Assembly (NCBI GenBank): GCA_001564145.1
Contig: LKMQ01000001.1
Span: forward strand, 1 to 51,737
Direction of reading: 5' to 3'
DNA from: Nanohaloarchaea archaeon B1-Br10_U2g29
GTDB lineage: Archaea > Nanohalarchaeota > Nanosalinia > Nanosalinales > Nanosalinaceae
Length of the DNA: 51,737 nucleotides
Shown here: positions 15,416 to 24,674 of the stretch, in pieces
How the letters are laid out: the number at the start of each line of letters is the position of its first letter
Numbering within the stretch: position 1 is the first letter of the stretch
Made by a program: the position numbers and the translations under genes
Notes under the pieces: model-generated
The model's database searches: none
The model's input: the letters and a program-made list of their open reading frames with translations, nothing else
What the model was told of the DNA's origin: nothing

Positions 15416-16252
15416 ATGGTAGCTAGCCAAGAGACTCTCGACAAACTGGAAGACATTGGACTGAACATGTACGAAAGAAAGATTTATTCAGCACTTCTCG
15501 GAAGAGGAATCTCAACCGCAGGAGAACTAAGTGAAATGACAAACGTACCAAGAAGCAGAGCATATGACGTATTAGAGTCTCTGGCAGAAAAAGGCTTCGT
15601 AGTAATCAAATCAAGCCAGCCAATGGAATACGTATCAATCCCTCCACAGCAAGCAATCGAAAACATGAAATCCAGACACGAAGATGAACTGGATGAAAAG
15701 CTCAACAAACTAGACTCAATGAAAAGAAGTGAAGCAGTAACAGAGCTAGAGAACTTGTACGATCAAGGAGTAGAATTAGTAGACCCAGCAGAAATGAGCG
15801 GTTCACTAAAAGGATCAAGACAAGTACACCAACACATGGGCACAATGTTCAAAGACGCAGAAAGCTCAATAAAAATACTAACAAGCGAAAAAGGCCTGAA
15901 TGACCTAAACAATAAACATTCAGACCTTCTCAAAGACGCTAAAGAAAACGGAATAAACGTTCAGGTTCTTTCACCTGTAACAGATTCAAACAGAGAAGCC
16001 TACGAAAACATTGCATCATTCGCAGAAGTAAGACATCTAGACGAAAATGAGATGCCTGCAGTACCTGATGGCAGATTTACGATCGTCGACAACGATGCAG
16101 CTACAGTCTCATTAACTCATGATGATGTACACTCCACACAGGATACTCATCTATGGAGTAAGTCCGATCATATGGCTGAGGCAATGCTAGAACCAATGTT
16201 CGACAATCTTTGGGACCAAGCACCAGAGAAACCGAAAGGCCCTGAAAGATAA
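15416..16252 (+). CDS. TrmB-family transcriptional regulator
   Basis: N-terminal wHTH LGLNMYERKIYSALLGRGISTAGELSEMTNVPRSRAYDVLESLAEKGFV, followed by a coiled linker and a C-terminal effector-like domain. Confidence 0.8.
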   Translation: MVASQETLDKLEDIGLNMYERKIYSALLGRGISTAGELSEMTNVPRSRAYDVLESLAEKGFVVIKSSQPMEYVSIPPQQAIENMKSRHEDELDEKLNKLDSMKRSEAVTELENLYDQGVELVDPAEMSGSLKGSRQVHQHMGTMFKDAESSIKILTSEKGLNDLNNKHSDLLKDAKENGINVQVLSPVTDSNREAYENIASFAEVRHLDENEMPAVPDGRFTIVDNDAATVSLTHDDVHSTQDTHLWSKSDHMAEAMLEPMFDNLWDQAPEKPKGPER

Positions 16253-16342
16253 CATATCACATTTCATTTAATTTTCTCAACCTATTCTATTTTCACTATC
16301 AGAAAAAGTAGAAATAGAAAAAAGTGTTATTTAGCCCTATTA

Positions 16343-17209
16343 TTACATTACTGCTTCTAACGGACTATCTCCTGCACCAATCTCTAGGCCTCCAAAGAAT
16401 AATGATAAAAGATTGAACTCTGGAGTTCTTTGAACTCTTACAGGCTGCAGGTTCATATTTGTCAGGTTCTCAGCTTCATCAATTGCTGCAGTTCTCCCTC
16501 CTAATGAATCGACTAGGCCTAGCTCTTCAGCCTCAGAACCTAAGAATATTTCTCCAGTGCCGACTCTCTCTTCTTGATTAGCAGTCAGGTTTCTGCCTTC
16601 CGATACTTCTGTCAAAAATTCATCCCCAATCAATTGGGATTTATTCGCTAGTACCTCTTTCTGCTCTTCTGTTGGTTCTTGGAACGGGGAGCCAAGTTCT
16701 TTCCTATCACCGGCCGTAATATTAACGTAGGAAACACCTATATCATCCATTAAATCAGAAAACTCTATGTAAGAGCTTGTAACACCTATACTACCCGTTA
16801 TGGATGCTGAATCCGCCACAATAGAATCACAGCCCAAGGCTGCTAAATAAGCGCCCGAAGCTCCAACATCTCTAAAACGACATACCGTAGGCACATCCAC
16901 AGCATCAATATTCCTCTTCAAGTCTTTAGAAGCCACAACAGCACCACCACCCGAGTTAATCTCATACATTATAGCATCAACGTTCTGTTCTTCCGCCTTT
17001 TGATTCAAGTCTCTAATATCTTGAGGAGTTATACCTGCTGAAAACCCTGAGGCCTCAGGAACAATATTTCCCGAAAGCTGGACAATACCAACTTTACCTT
17101 CTTCCTGCTGGAACTCTCCTTGGAATCTATCTATAAAATCTTGAAATGAAAAGGCTGCTGCCCCTGAAATCAATAAAACTGTTGCCAAAAATAACACTGT
17201 TTTCTTCAT
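16343..17209 (-). CDS. sppA: signal peptide peptidase SppA (S49 family, 36K type)
   Basis: N-terminal TM anchor, INSGGGAVVAS, and catalytic-Ser region DVGASGAYLAALGCD. Confidence 0.85.
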   Translation of the reverse strand: MKKTVLFLATVLLISGAAAFSFQDFIDRFQGEFQQEEGKVGIVQLSGNIVPEASGFSAGITPQDIRDLNQKAEEQNVDAIMYEINSGGGAVVASKDLKRNIDAVDVPTVCRFRDVGASGAYLAALGCDSIVADSASITGSIGVTSSYIEFSDLMDDIGVSYVNITAGDRKELGSPFQEPTEEQKEVLANKSQLIGDEFLTEVSEGRNLTANQEERVGTGEIFLGSEAEELGLVDSLGGRTAAIDEAENLTNMNLQPVRVQRTPEFNLLSLFFGGLEIGAGDSPLEAVM

Positions 17210-17263
17210 AGATTAGTTTGAGGCCTGAACTTCTTTTTAACTTTTCCATCATGGAATGTAATT

Positions 17264-18853
17264 ATGTCAGATCTGGAAAACCTTTCAAGAAAAGTAATAG
17301 AAAAAATAGAGTCCGGAGAACTAGAGGACAAGAAAGAAATCGAACAGGAGAAAAAGAATCTTTGCAGAGAGTTAAGCTTTCCTGGAATGCCTAAAAACAG
17401 CGACATATTAGACTTTGCAGAAGAAGATGAGAAAAAGGCACAAAAGCTCCTAACAACGAAGCCTATGAGAACAATTTCAGGAATAGCCAACATAGCAATC
17501 ATGGCTAGGCCTGCGCCCTGTGGCGGCGGCTGCATTTACTGTCCAAAAGGAAAGGATGCTCCACAGAGCTACACAGGTAAGGAGCCAGCAACACGTAGAG
17601 CGATCAGAAACGGCTACGACCCCTTTGACCAGGTCCATGACAGACTTGGCCAGTACGAAAAAAATGGTCATAGCATTGACAAATCCAAATTAATTGTAAT
17701 GGGCGGAACATTTCCTTTCCAAGACCCAGAATACCAAAAAGAATTCCTGAAAGAGGCCTTCAACGGCTTCAACACTTATCCAGAAGATTCCGAAAATGAG
17801 AAAGTTGATTCACTTGAAGAAGCAATCAAAATTAACGAAACAGCTGAAGTCAGGAACGTAGGTGTTACTTTTGAGACAAGGCCTGATATTGCCGAGACTA
17901 AACATATTGACAGAATTCTTGAGATGGGTGGTACACGTGTAGAGATGGGAGTCCAGACAGTATTCGATGAAACACATGAGCGAACAAACAGAGGTCACGG
18001 CATGGAACCTGTTATAGAAGCTACTAAGCGTTTGAAGAACGCAGGTTTCAAAGTTTGCTTCCACCTAATGCTAGGCCTTCCAGGAGAAGGCTACGAAGAA
18101 GATATTGAGAAGTTCAAAGAAGTATTCAGTAACGAAGATTACCAGCCTGATGAGATCAAGATTTATCCTTGTGAAGTTATCCAAGGTACAGAGCTTTACC
18201 GTCAGTATGAGGAAGGGGAGTTTGATCCAATTGATGATGAAGAAGCCAAAAAGCGTTTGAAGAAGGCTCAAAAAGACATTATACCGCCTCATGTACGAGT
18301 GAAGAGAGTTATGCGCGATATCCCTTCTACAGAAGTTGATGCAGGCCCCCAGTTAACTAACATGAGACAGATGGCCTTACAGGAGCTCAGAGAAGAGGGA
18401 GAAAGATGTAGATGCATCCGGTGCCGTGAAGTAGGTCACGTCAAAAGAACACATAATTTGGAGCCCGAAGTAGATAATATTGAGATGGTTGAGAGAGATT
18501 ACAAGGCCTCAGGAGGACAGGAGTATTTCCTCAGCTTTGAAGATACAGAAAACGATATAATTTTAGGCTTCACACGTTTAAGAGCTCCAGATGAGTCTCA
18601 CAGGCCTGAAATAGATGATAATACTTTGATTGTCCGACAGCTCAAAGTTATGGGCTCTGCAACAGATATAGGGGAAGAAGGAGAAACACAACATCAGGGC
18701 TATGGGACAAAATTGATGGAAGCTGCGGAAGAGAAGGCCTTAGAATTAGGGAAAGATAAAGTAGCTGTGATTTCAGCAGTAGGCACAAGAGAATATTACA
18801 GAAAATTCGGCTACGAACTGGAAGGACCTTATATGGTGAAGACCTTAGATTAA
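17264..18853 (+). CDS. elp3: Elp3-like radical-SAM / GNAT acetyltransferase (tRNA U34 modification)
   Basis: Cys cluster PCGGGCIYCP, radical-SAM core, C-terminal GNAT (QHQGYGTKLMEAAE). 529 aa. Confidence 0.9.
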   Translation: MSDLENLSRKVIEKIESGELEDKKEIEQEKKNLCRELSFPGMPKNSDILDFAEEDEKKAQKLLTTKPMRTISGIANIAIMARPAPCGGGCIYCPKGKDAPQSYTGKEPATRRAIRNGYDPFDQVHDRLGQYEKNGHSIDKSKLIVMGGTFPFQDPEYQKEFLKEAFNGFNTYPEDSENEKVDSLEEAIKINETAEVRNVGVTFETRPDIAETKHIDRILEMGGTRVEMGVQTVFDETHERTNRGHGMEPVIEATKRLKNAGFKVCFHLMLGLPGEGYEEDIEKFKEVFSNEDYQPDEIKIYPCEVIQGTELYRQYEEGEFDPIDDEEAKKRLKKAQKDIIPPHVRVKRVMRDIPSTEVDAGPQLTNMRQMALQELREEGERCRCIRCREVGHVKRTHNLEPEVDNIEMVERDYKASGGQEYFLSFEDTENDIILGFTRLRAPDESHRPEIDDNTLIVRQLKVMGSATDIGEEGETQHQGYGTKLMEAAEEKALELGKDKVAVISAVGTREYYRKFGYELEGPYMVKTLD

Positions 18854-19233
18854 TTTGATATTATTCTTTTCTCAAGTTCTATTTCTAAAGTTTCACAGGC
18901 ATTTTTGATAAGTTTGAAGTAAGGTATTCTCTGCCCCTTTACTTCTCTAGTGTGGTATATTACCTTGTTGACGTTATTTGATTCTAGGAAGTTTCCGACG
19001 TCCGTAATAAGTCTTGTAATATCTCTTTCTCTCATTAATTCATCATAAAAAGGAATGTTTTCATCTGGATCAATAAGCCCATATTTCCCAGATAGTATCG
19101 CAAATCTCTCATCTTTTTCATCCGTTATGGCTTTTACATGTTTGATTCTCTTTGATTTGTAACTCTCTATAGCGGGGAGATCTTTCCTCGTTCTATCTTT
19201 TTCTTTTGAGCAGTATGTAATGTGCAGCTTCAT
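18850..19233 (-). CDS. hypothetical protein (possible DUF6884-like)
   Basis: MKLHITYCSKEKD...FAILSGKYGLIDPDENIPFYD pattern. I start it at MKLH (19233); the track's extra 46 N-terminal residues look like translated intergenic sequence. Confidence 0.45.
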   Translation of the reverse strand: MKLHITYCSKEKDRTRKDLPAIESYKSKRIKHVKAITDEKDERFAILSGKYGLIDPDENIPFYDELMRERDITRLITDVGNFLESNNVNKVIYHTREVKGQRIPYFKLIKNACETLEIELEKRIISN

Positions 19234-19337
19234 TTCTAGGCCTCTTTTCTGTAAGGAAAAAGAAAGAGAAAAAATTGGTTGGCTTTTTTGTTCCCCTCCC
19301 CTGAGATGTATGCTTGCTGACTTTTTTTGGGAATCCT

Positions 19338-19619
19338 TCAGTTGGAATGTGTCTGTTTGAGTGTCTGCCACTCTTCGGAAAATTCGTCTTTCATTTCTTC
19401 AAGTGCTATTCTTTCTTCATCGGTTAGTTCGTTAGATTCTACTATGTTTCTGAAGATCTTGTAAGGATGAGTCGGGACTTCTTCATTCATGTTTTTTCTA
19501 AATCGGTCCGCGAACTTTTCCCTGTGTTTCTGTACTTTGTCTTCTAAAACGCCGTTGTCTTCCCATTCGTCAGCGAGCTTCTCTTTTCTGCTCTTACCTA
19601 TATCCCAGAGGCTCGCCAT
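19338..19619 (-). CDS. hypothetical charged helical protein (93 aa)
   Basis: ORF with composition like its neighbours. No motif recognised. Confidence 0.45.
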   Translation of the reverse strand: MASLWDIGKSRKEKLADEWEDNGVLEDKVQKHREKFADRFRKNMNEEVPTHPYKIFRNIVESNELTDEERIALEEMKDEFSEEWQTLKQTHSN

Positions 19620-19760
19620 AAGACCAAGAACTAGTTTAATTCTTATTAACCTTTCCCTATAGGCCTCTAAAACACCGTAATAGACACCGATTATTGTTTT
19701 CCTTCCGGTAGTAACACGTTAAGAGTTTTTTAACCTACAGTACATTAAATCAATTATAGA

Positions 19761-20462
19761 ATGACTCTTATTGAACTGGTTAAAGAATCCGCCTTAGAAC
19801 TGAAAGAAAGACCTACAATGTTCCTTCCAAAGATAATTACCAGTTTAATAAGCAGTATATGGATGATCCTACTACTCCACTCAGCCGAAACCATGAATTT
19901 CCAGTATATGTATTTAGGCCTGTTCTTGTTCATACCAGTATTTTTCTTAGGAGTCTGGAGTCCTGTAATTGTAGCTGAAATGATAAAGAAAAACTCCAGC
20001 CTACTAAATTCAGTGAAATCTACTTTTAGTTACCTTCCTAAACTTGTCGCCGTATCAATAATGCTACTAGTCGGCATGACCACAAGTCTACTACCATTCT
20101 ACCTTGGTGCAGGCCTACATATCTTAACCGGAAGCTTCGTAGGCATTATTATAGGCAGTCTAATATCTTTGATGGCTGTTATCACCTTTGTTTATGGAAT
20201 TTACTTCTTACCTATAGCACTAACAGAGAATGAAACAGTAAAAAGCTTCAAAAAATCGTTTAAAGCCTCAGGAACAAACAAAAAGGAAGTCACAATACTA
20301 CTACTATTTTCATTCACACTGCTAGGAATTGCAGCAGCCTCAAGCGGCGTGCTAAGAGGCCTAGGGATTGCAGGATTCATTATAGGAAGAGCATTTTCCT
20401 CAATTGTATCAACTTACACAGTTATAATCAGCCCAAAATACTATCTGCAAAACGAAAAATAA
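19761..20462 (+). CDS. hypothetical polytopic membrane protein (about 6 TM)
   Basis: 233 aa with repeated hydrophobic helices. No family recognised. Confidence 0.6.
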   Translation: MTLIELVKESALELKERPTMFLPKIITSLISSIWMILLLHSAETMNFQYMYLGLFLFIPVFFLGVWSPVIVAEMIKKNSSLLNSVKSTFSYLPKLVAVSIMLLVGMTTSLLPFYLGAGLHILTGSFVGIIIGSLISLMAVITFVYGIYFLPIALTENETVKSFKKSFKASGTNKKEVTILLLFSFTLLGIAAASSGVLRGLGIAGFIIGRAFSSIVSTYTVIISPKYYLQNEK

Positions 20463-20477
20463 AGAAAAAAGAGAGTT

Positions 20478-21044
20478 TTAGGCCTTCAAAGTTTTAACAA
20501 GCTCTTCTGCAGCCCTCTCAGCCTTACCATCAGGATTCTCAATAATCTTAAGGTAAGCTCCTGTCAAAACTGAACCTGTTGAGGCCATTTCACGGGCAAC
20601 ATGCTGATATTCGGCTATACCACTTGCTGATTCATGTTCTCTGTCACGGTCATCATCTTCTTGAACACGGTTCCAGATTTCCTCAGGCTTAGCAGTTAAC
20701 ATTATGATTTTATCTGGATCTAACTGTTCAATACTCCATTTTGGCAGGCCCGGAATATATCCGTGAGGTGATTTAATTGCTGCATGTGTATCTACAATAA
20801 TATTACTATCTTCTGCCATTTCGAAGATCTTTTCTGCAGCTTCTGCCTGTATACCTTTGTAAGTTTCAACATCCAACTCTTTCATCTCACCGCGGTTCTC
20901 AACCCCATGGCTTTCTCTGGCTGTTTCCATCATTTTATCACCATAGTTTACTACTTCATATTCTTGATCGGATAACAGCATTGCCTCTTCTAGTACTGTT
21001 CCTTTTCCTACACCTGAAAGACCTATTACAATGTTTAAGCTCAT
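20478..21044 (-). CDS. adkA: archaeal-type adenylate kinase
   Basis: P-loop IGLSGVGKGT. Length and IVDTHA...P..GY.PGLP pattern match AdkA. ATGA overlap with the cca stop. Confidence 0.85.
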   Translation of the reverse strand: MSLNIVIGLSGVGKGTVLEEAMLLSDQEYEVVNYGDKMMETARESHGVENRGEMKELDVETYKGIQAEAAEKIFEMAEDSNIIVDTHAAIKSPHGYIPGLPKWSIEQLDPDKIIMLTAKPEEIWNRVQEDDDRDREHESASGIAEYQHVAREMASTGSVLTGAYLKIIENPDGKAERAAEELVKTLKA

Positions 21045-22366
21045 TTTATTTCACAGTTGAATTTTTTGAAGAGATACTTTAACCATTTATCCCCTCCATT
21101 TAATGGGTCAACAAATTTGAACTCTTCAACTTTGGAAGCCAAATGATTAGGAACTCCCTTCATTTTTAGCTGTGAGGCCTCATCATCAAGTAAATCCTTG
21201 ATAAATTTCTGCGCATCAGTGAACTCTCTAACTGTTTTAGCGCAGACACGATTACCTTCTACAAAAACATTATCATACTTTTCAGTGAACTGATCTAAGT
21301 GTTTAGTATTATGGAAAACCTGTGGGCCTTTAACGATTTTATTCTCAGGTAAATGTCGTTCAAGCTCAATAAATATTCTACAGGCCTCATTGTCTATATG
21401 TTCTCCTGAACTGTAGATTCTGAAATCAGCCTTCTCCAGTTTATTTAAAATCAATTTTTTCAACTTCCTAAGCTGAGGATAAAGAATATCATTAACCTGT
21501 TCAGGCCTTTCAAACTGTAGAACCAGCAGATCCCCTCTCCGATCAATTTCTTTCTTTAACTCAAACTCGCTGAAATCTGAATCCTGTTCAAAACTTGAAT
21601 AACTTGGACCTTTTTTCAACTTGTAGGCCTCGAAAATAAATTTTGCATAATTTTCTTCAGTCATCACTGCGGCAACATTTCTACCAGGATCAACAGGATC
21701 GACAACAACAAAGCTTGACTGGAACTCTTCACCAGAGTTATCAAAGTCTATGCGTTTTTCTTCAATCCAGTCAGAAGCTTCCTCAATTAGTTCTTCAAAG
21801 CTTCCATAGTAAGATACCAGTATTTCACATAGATAACCTGAAAATCCTTGAACTTCGAGTGAAGAACCATACAAATCGTTAGCCTGTAAAAAGGCCTTTA
21901 ACATAACTACGTCTTTTCTCTGCTTGCTGTCTAAATTATTTTTTGCCCAGCGAGTATGGTGAGGTGTTCTGTCTACTGCGCTCCTGATTTTCTCCGGGTC
22001 AGTATCAATACAAGGAACTATCTCTACTTCATGTCCTTCAAAATGGCCTTTGGTGTATGGGTGCTCAGCATATTCCACGTGATGGTCTTCCCCCATTTCT
22101 TCAAACACTTTTTTCCCGATTTCTAGGCCTGTCTCTTCAAGTTCTCTTCTTTCAGTTTCTTCCGGGAAAAGTATGAATACGTCAATATCTTTATCTCCCG
22201 TCATACACGTGCCTCTAGATGCCGAGCCTGCAAAATGTGAGTCAAGTCCGTACTCTTCTTGGATAAAGGCTTCTATCTTCTCAAATATTCTTTGAGATTC
22301 CTGTAGCTCTTCCTCATCCGGATAGAATTCCTTTATTGCTCTCTGCCTTAATTTCTCTAGCTCCAT
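21041..22366 (-). CDS. cca: CCA-adding enzyme (class I archaeal tRNA nucleotidyltransferase)
   Basis: GSASRGTCMTGDKDIDVFILF polymerase-beta-type motif. 441 aa; RTPHHTRW motif. Confidence 0.9.
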   Translation of the reverse strand: MELEKLRQRAIKEFYPDEEELQESQRIFEKIEAFIQEEYGLDSHFAGSASRGTCMTGDKDIDVFILFPEETERRELEETGLEIGKKVFEEMGEDHHVEYAEHPYTKGHFEGHEVEIVPCIDTDPEKIRSAVDRTPHHTRWAKNNLDSKQRKDVVMLKAFLQANDLYGSSLEVQGFSGYLCEILVSYYGSFEELIEEASDWIEEKRIDFDNSGEEFQSSFVVVDPVDPGRNVAAVMTEENYAKFIFEAYKLKKGPSYSSFEQDSDFSEFELKKEIDRRGDLLVLQFERPEQVNDILYPQLRKLKKLILNKLEKADFRIYSSGEHIDNEACRIFIELERHLPENKIVKGPQVFHNTKHLDQFTEKYDNVFVEGNRVCAKTVREFTDAQKFIKDLLDDEASQLKMKGVPNHLASKVEEFKFVDPLNGGDKWLKYLFKKFNCEIK

Positions 22367-22439
22367 AAAGAATTGTTTAGATTAAATTGAAGATAAAAAG
22401 TAGGGGTAAAAAACTGGGGAAAAGAGATTTAGTAGTTAT

Positions 22440-22820
22440 TTACTTCTTTCCTTTGACCAGGACTCTGTCATCAACTACCCAGAACTTGATGTTTTCTCCT
22501 TCTCCAACATCGAGGTCTTCTGGAAGCTCCATTTCCTCTGTCTCATAGGTGTCCATGTCCATTACTTGTGCAATGTTACTGTCTTTTGAGACAATCTGGC
22601 CTTCTTTCTTGTCTACGTCTGGAGAAATCATTGTAGAGTCTCCAGGCTTTGTGATGTGGCGGTCTTTACCATCGAAGATTCCACGGGCTTTAATCTTACA
22701 TTTAGCCGATCCATGTTTTCCCGGGCTTGATTTACTCATTGAACGGACTTCGCATGGTTCTCCCTCAATCATAACCATTGATCCGCTTCTAACCGATGAT
22801 GCTTCGATCTGTTTAGGCAT
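22440..22820 (-). CDS. eif5a: translation initiation factor aIF5A
   Basis: Hypusination loop SSPGKHGSAKCK. Start at MPKQIEAS (22820), 1 nt after the histone stop. Confidence 0.9.
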   Translation of the reverse strand: MPKQIEASSVRSGSMVMIEGEPCEVRSMSKSSPGKHGSAKCKIKARGIFDGKDRHITKPGDSTMISPDVDKKEGQIVSKDSNIAQVMDMDTYETEEMELPEDLDVGEGENIKFWVVDDRVLVKGKK

Positions 22821-22821
22821 A

Positions 22822-23022
22822 TCAGTGCTGCACCGCCATGTCGACATCTTCTTTTTTTACAGTGTTTCTATCTGCGTAATCCGCAAACTTTGCGCTGTCT
22901 GAAGCCACTTCTTCAGCCAGGTCTTCTACTGCATCTTTTAGTTCTTCTACTGCGTCGCCGGAAACTCTTTCTGCTCCAGCACCTCTAATTATTCTTTCAA
23001 TAGCTGCTTTAGGTAAACTCAT
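22822..23022 (-). CDS. archaeal histone (HMf family)
   Basis: 66 aa. LPKAAIERIIRGAGAERVSGDAVEELKDAVEDLAEEVASDSAKFADYADRNTVKKEDVDMAV aligns by eye to HMfB. Confidence 0.9.
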   Translation of the reverse strand: MSLPKAAIERIIRGAGAERVSGDAVEELKDAVEDLAEEVASDSAKFADYADRNTVKKEDVDMAVQH

Positions 23023-23087
23023 AGATTAATCACAGTAATTAATCAGTTAACAAGATTTTTTAACTATAGCCACTTCAAAACGCGAAT

Positions 23088-23525
23088 GTGAAAGCAGTAG
23101 ATGCCAATGTCATAATACATGGCCGAGGCCTAAATGAGGATTTAATTACAGTACCTGGAGTAATGGAAGAGTTAAAGAGTAGGAAAGCTTCTACTTCAGT
23201 CCACAGCTTCCAGATAGAAACATACACAGCTTCAGACGAGAGTTTTGAAAAGGTGAATGAGAAGGCTGAAGAGATTAATTCAGAGGCCTCAAAAGTTGAT
23301 CAGAAGCTATTAGCACTTGCTCTCGACAAAAATGTTGAGCTGATAACAGATGATAAAGAGTTACAGAATCTCGGGCTTCATTTGGATGCTAAAGTTTCAG
23401 GCTTTCTAGACCCGGTTACAACTGAGAAAATGAGTTGGAAACTAGTTTGCCCCAGCTGTGGAGCCAATAACTGTAACTGTGGTGTCAGTCCTGTCCGGAA
23501 ACTAGATCAGCGTAGTTCAGTATAA
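23088..23525 (+). CDS. nob1: Nob1-like endonuclease (PIN domain plus zinc ribbon)
   Basis: VDANVIIHG and LITDDKELQN (PIN acidic residues). C-terminal CPSCG...CNCG ribbon. GTG start. Confidence 0.7.
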   Translation: MKAVDANVIIHGRGLNEDLITVPGVMEELKSRKASTSVHSFQIETYTASDESFEKVNEKAEEINSEASKVDQKLLALALDKNVELITDDKELQNLGLHLDAKVSGFLDPVTTEKMSWKLVCPSCGANNCNCGVSPVRKLDQRSSV

Positions 23526-24519
23526 ACTGTTTTGTCAGTATCAACATTAATGGTCCAATTATTATTCCTTTAACGCCAAATACCAATGGACCTGCAATAA
23601 AGCCTATGAAAATAATTAAAGGGTGCTCATTCAGATTTCTTGACCCAACCCAAGGCCTAAACAGGATTTCAGGCAGAATTTGTAGTACTATAATGCCGTA
23701 AAGGAATATCATTGAACCTTTCAAGGGTTCAGCTGCCACTAAATAGTAAAGTGCAAGAGGCGTATAGACCATAAAAGCTGCGATTATCGGTATAATTGCG
23801 AATACTCCAATAAGTAAGGCCCATAATGGTACTAAAGGTATTGGAGTTGTAAGAGAGCCTATAATATAGAATCCTGCTGCTGCCAGAACAGCCATTATAC
23901 CGGCTACCATCATCTGTGTGAGGAATACTCCTCTAAATATCTGGTCTATTGATTCGACTATAGATCTTATGATCCGTGACTCTGTCTCAGGCAGATCATC
24001 AATTAACTCATCGAATGCAGTGTAAATCCTTTTCCTGTCTTTATAGATATAGATTGAAGCAACCAGAAATATACCAGTTTGAATCAGGAAATACGGCATT
24101 GAAGTGAATAAACCCAGTAGAAAGTCTGTTGTAAAGCTTGAGGCCTGGCTGAAGAAATCGCTTATATTACTGGATATGTATGGCGGAAGGTTCAATGGTT
24201 CTATAGTTGAAAGGAAGAGCTCTTCCATTGAGTCAGTGAAAACATTTAGTCTCTGAATTATTTCAAAAATATTTGAGAAAAAGAGGTATATTCCTCCTGA
24301 TATAGTTGCTAAAAGGCCTGAAATAATGACTACTGTTGATAGTAACTCACTCTTAATGTAATGTGTCAGGTTTTCGTGAAGCATTGAGAGCAGATAAGCT
24401 GTGACAACTGCCAAGATTATCGCGTCAAGGAATGGGAATATAATGAATATGCTGCCTAGAATTAGTGCAATAGCTACAAGCAGTATCTCCCTCTTTGCTC
24501 TCAAGGTTTCACTTGTCAT
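23485..24519 (-). CDS. AI-2E/PerM (UPF0118) family membrane transporter
   Basis: 344 aa, about 8 TM, topology and length typical of PerM-like permeases. The 3' end overlaps nob1 by 41 nt (convergent). Confidence 0.7.
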   Translation of the reverse strand: MTSETLRAKREILLVAIALILGSIFIIFPFLDAIILAVVTAYLLSMLHENLTHYIKSELLSTVVIISGLLATISGGIYLFFSNIFEIIQRLNVFTDSMEELFLSTIEPLNLPPYISSNISDFFSQASSFTTDFLLGLFTSMPYFLIQTGIFLVASIYIYKDRKRIYTAFDELIDDLPETESRIIRSIVESIDQIFRGVFLTQMMVAGIMAVLAAAGFYIIGSLTTPIPLVPLWALLIGVFAIIPIIAAFMVYTPLALYYLVAAEPLKGSMIFLYGIIVLQILPEILFRPWVGSRNLNEHPLIIFIGFIAGPLVFGVKGIIIGPLMLILTKQFILNYADLVSGQD

Positions 24520-24640
24520 ACTGTAATGTTATGCGCCCCCAGTTAAATTACCACTGATAGGTGTGAGAAAACAAAAAATCTTATTGTAACTACTGAAAAG
24601 TCATTCAAGACAGCGAAAGATATATAAAAGTACGGGAAAT

Positions 24641-24650
24641 CTTTATATTA
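24641..24650 (+). promoter_or_regulatory. TATA box (CTTTATATTA) for tfb
   Basis: Centre about 29 nt upstream of the ATG at 24675. Confidence 0.4.
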
Positions 24651-24674
24651 TATTACGAGGTTTAATTCTAAAAA

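Noticed and set aside
17206-17535. 109-aa minus-strand ORF overlapping the elp3 5' end and abutting sppA.
   Set aside because: It overlaps Elp3 coding sequence. There is no motif, the composition is non-acidic, and it would need to share sequence with two well-supported genes.
18850-19371. N-terminal extensions in several track ORFs (18850-19371, 2875-3987, 6809-7606, 14573-15292, 22440-22847, 28351-28713, 12559-12933, 49968-50363).
   Set aside because: The extended parts translate to non-conserved, atypical sequence. They often run through the neighbouring gene or promoter, and many begin at TTG. An internal ATG/GTG gives the canonical family N-terminus and correct TATA spacing.
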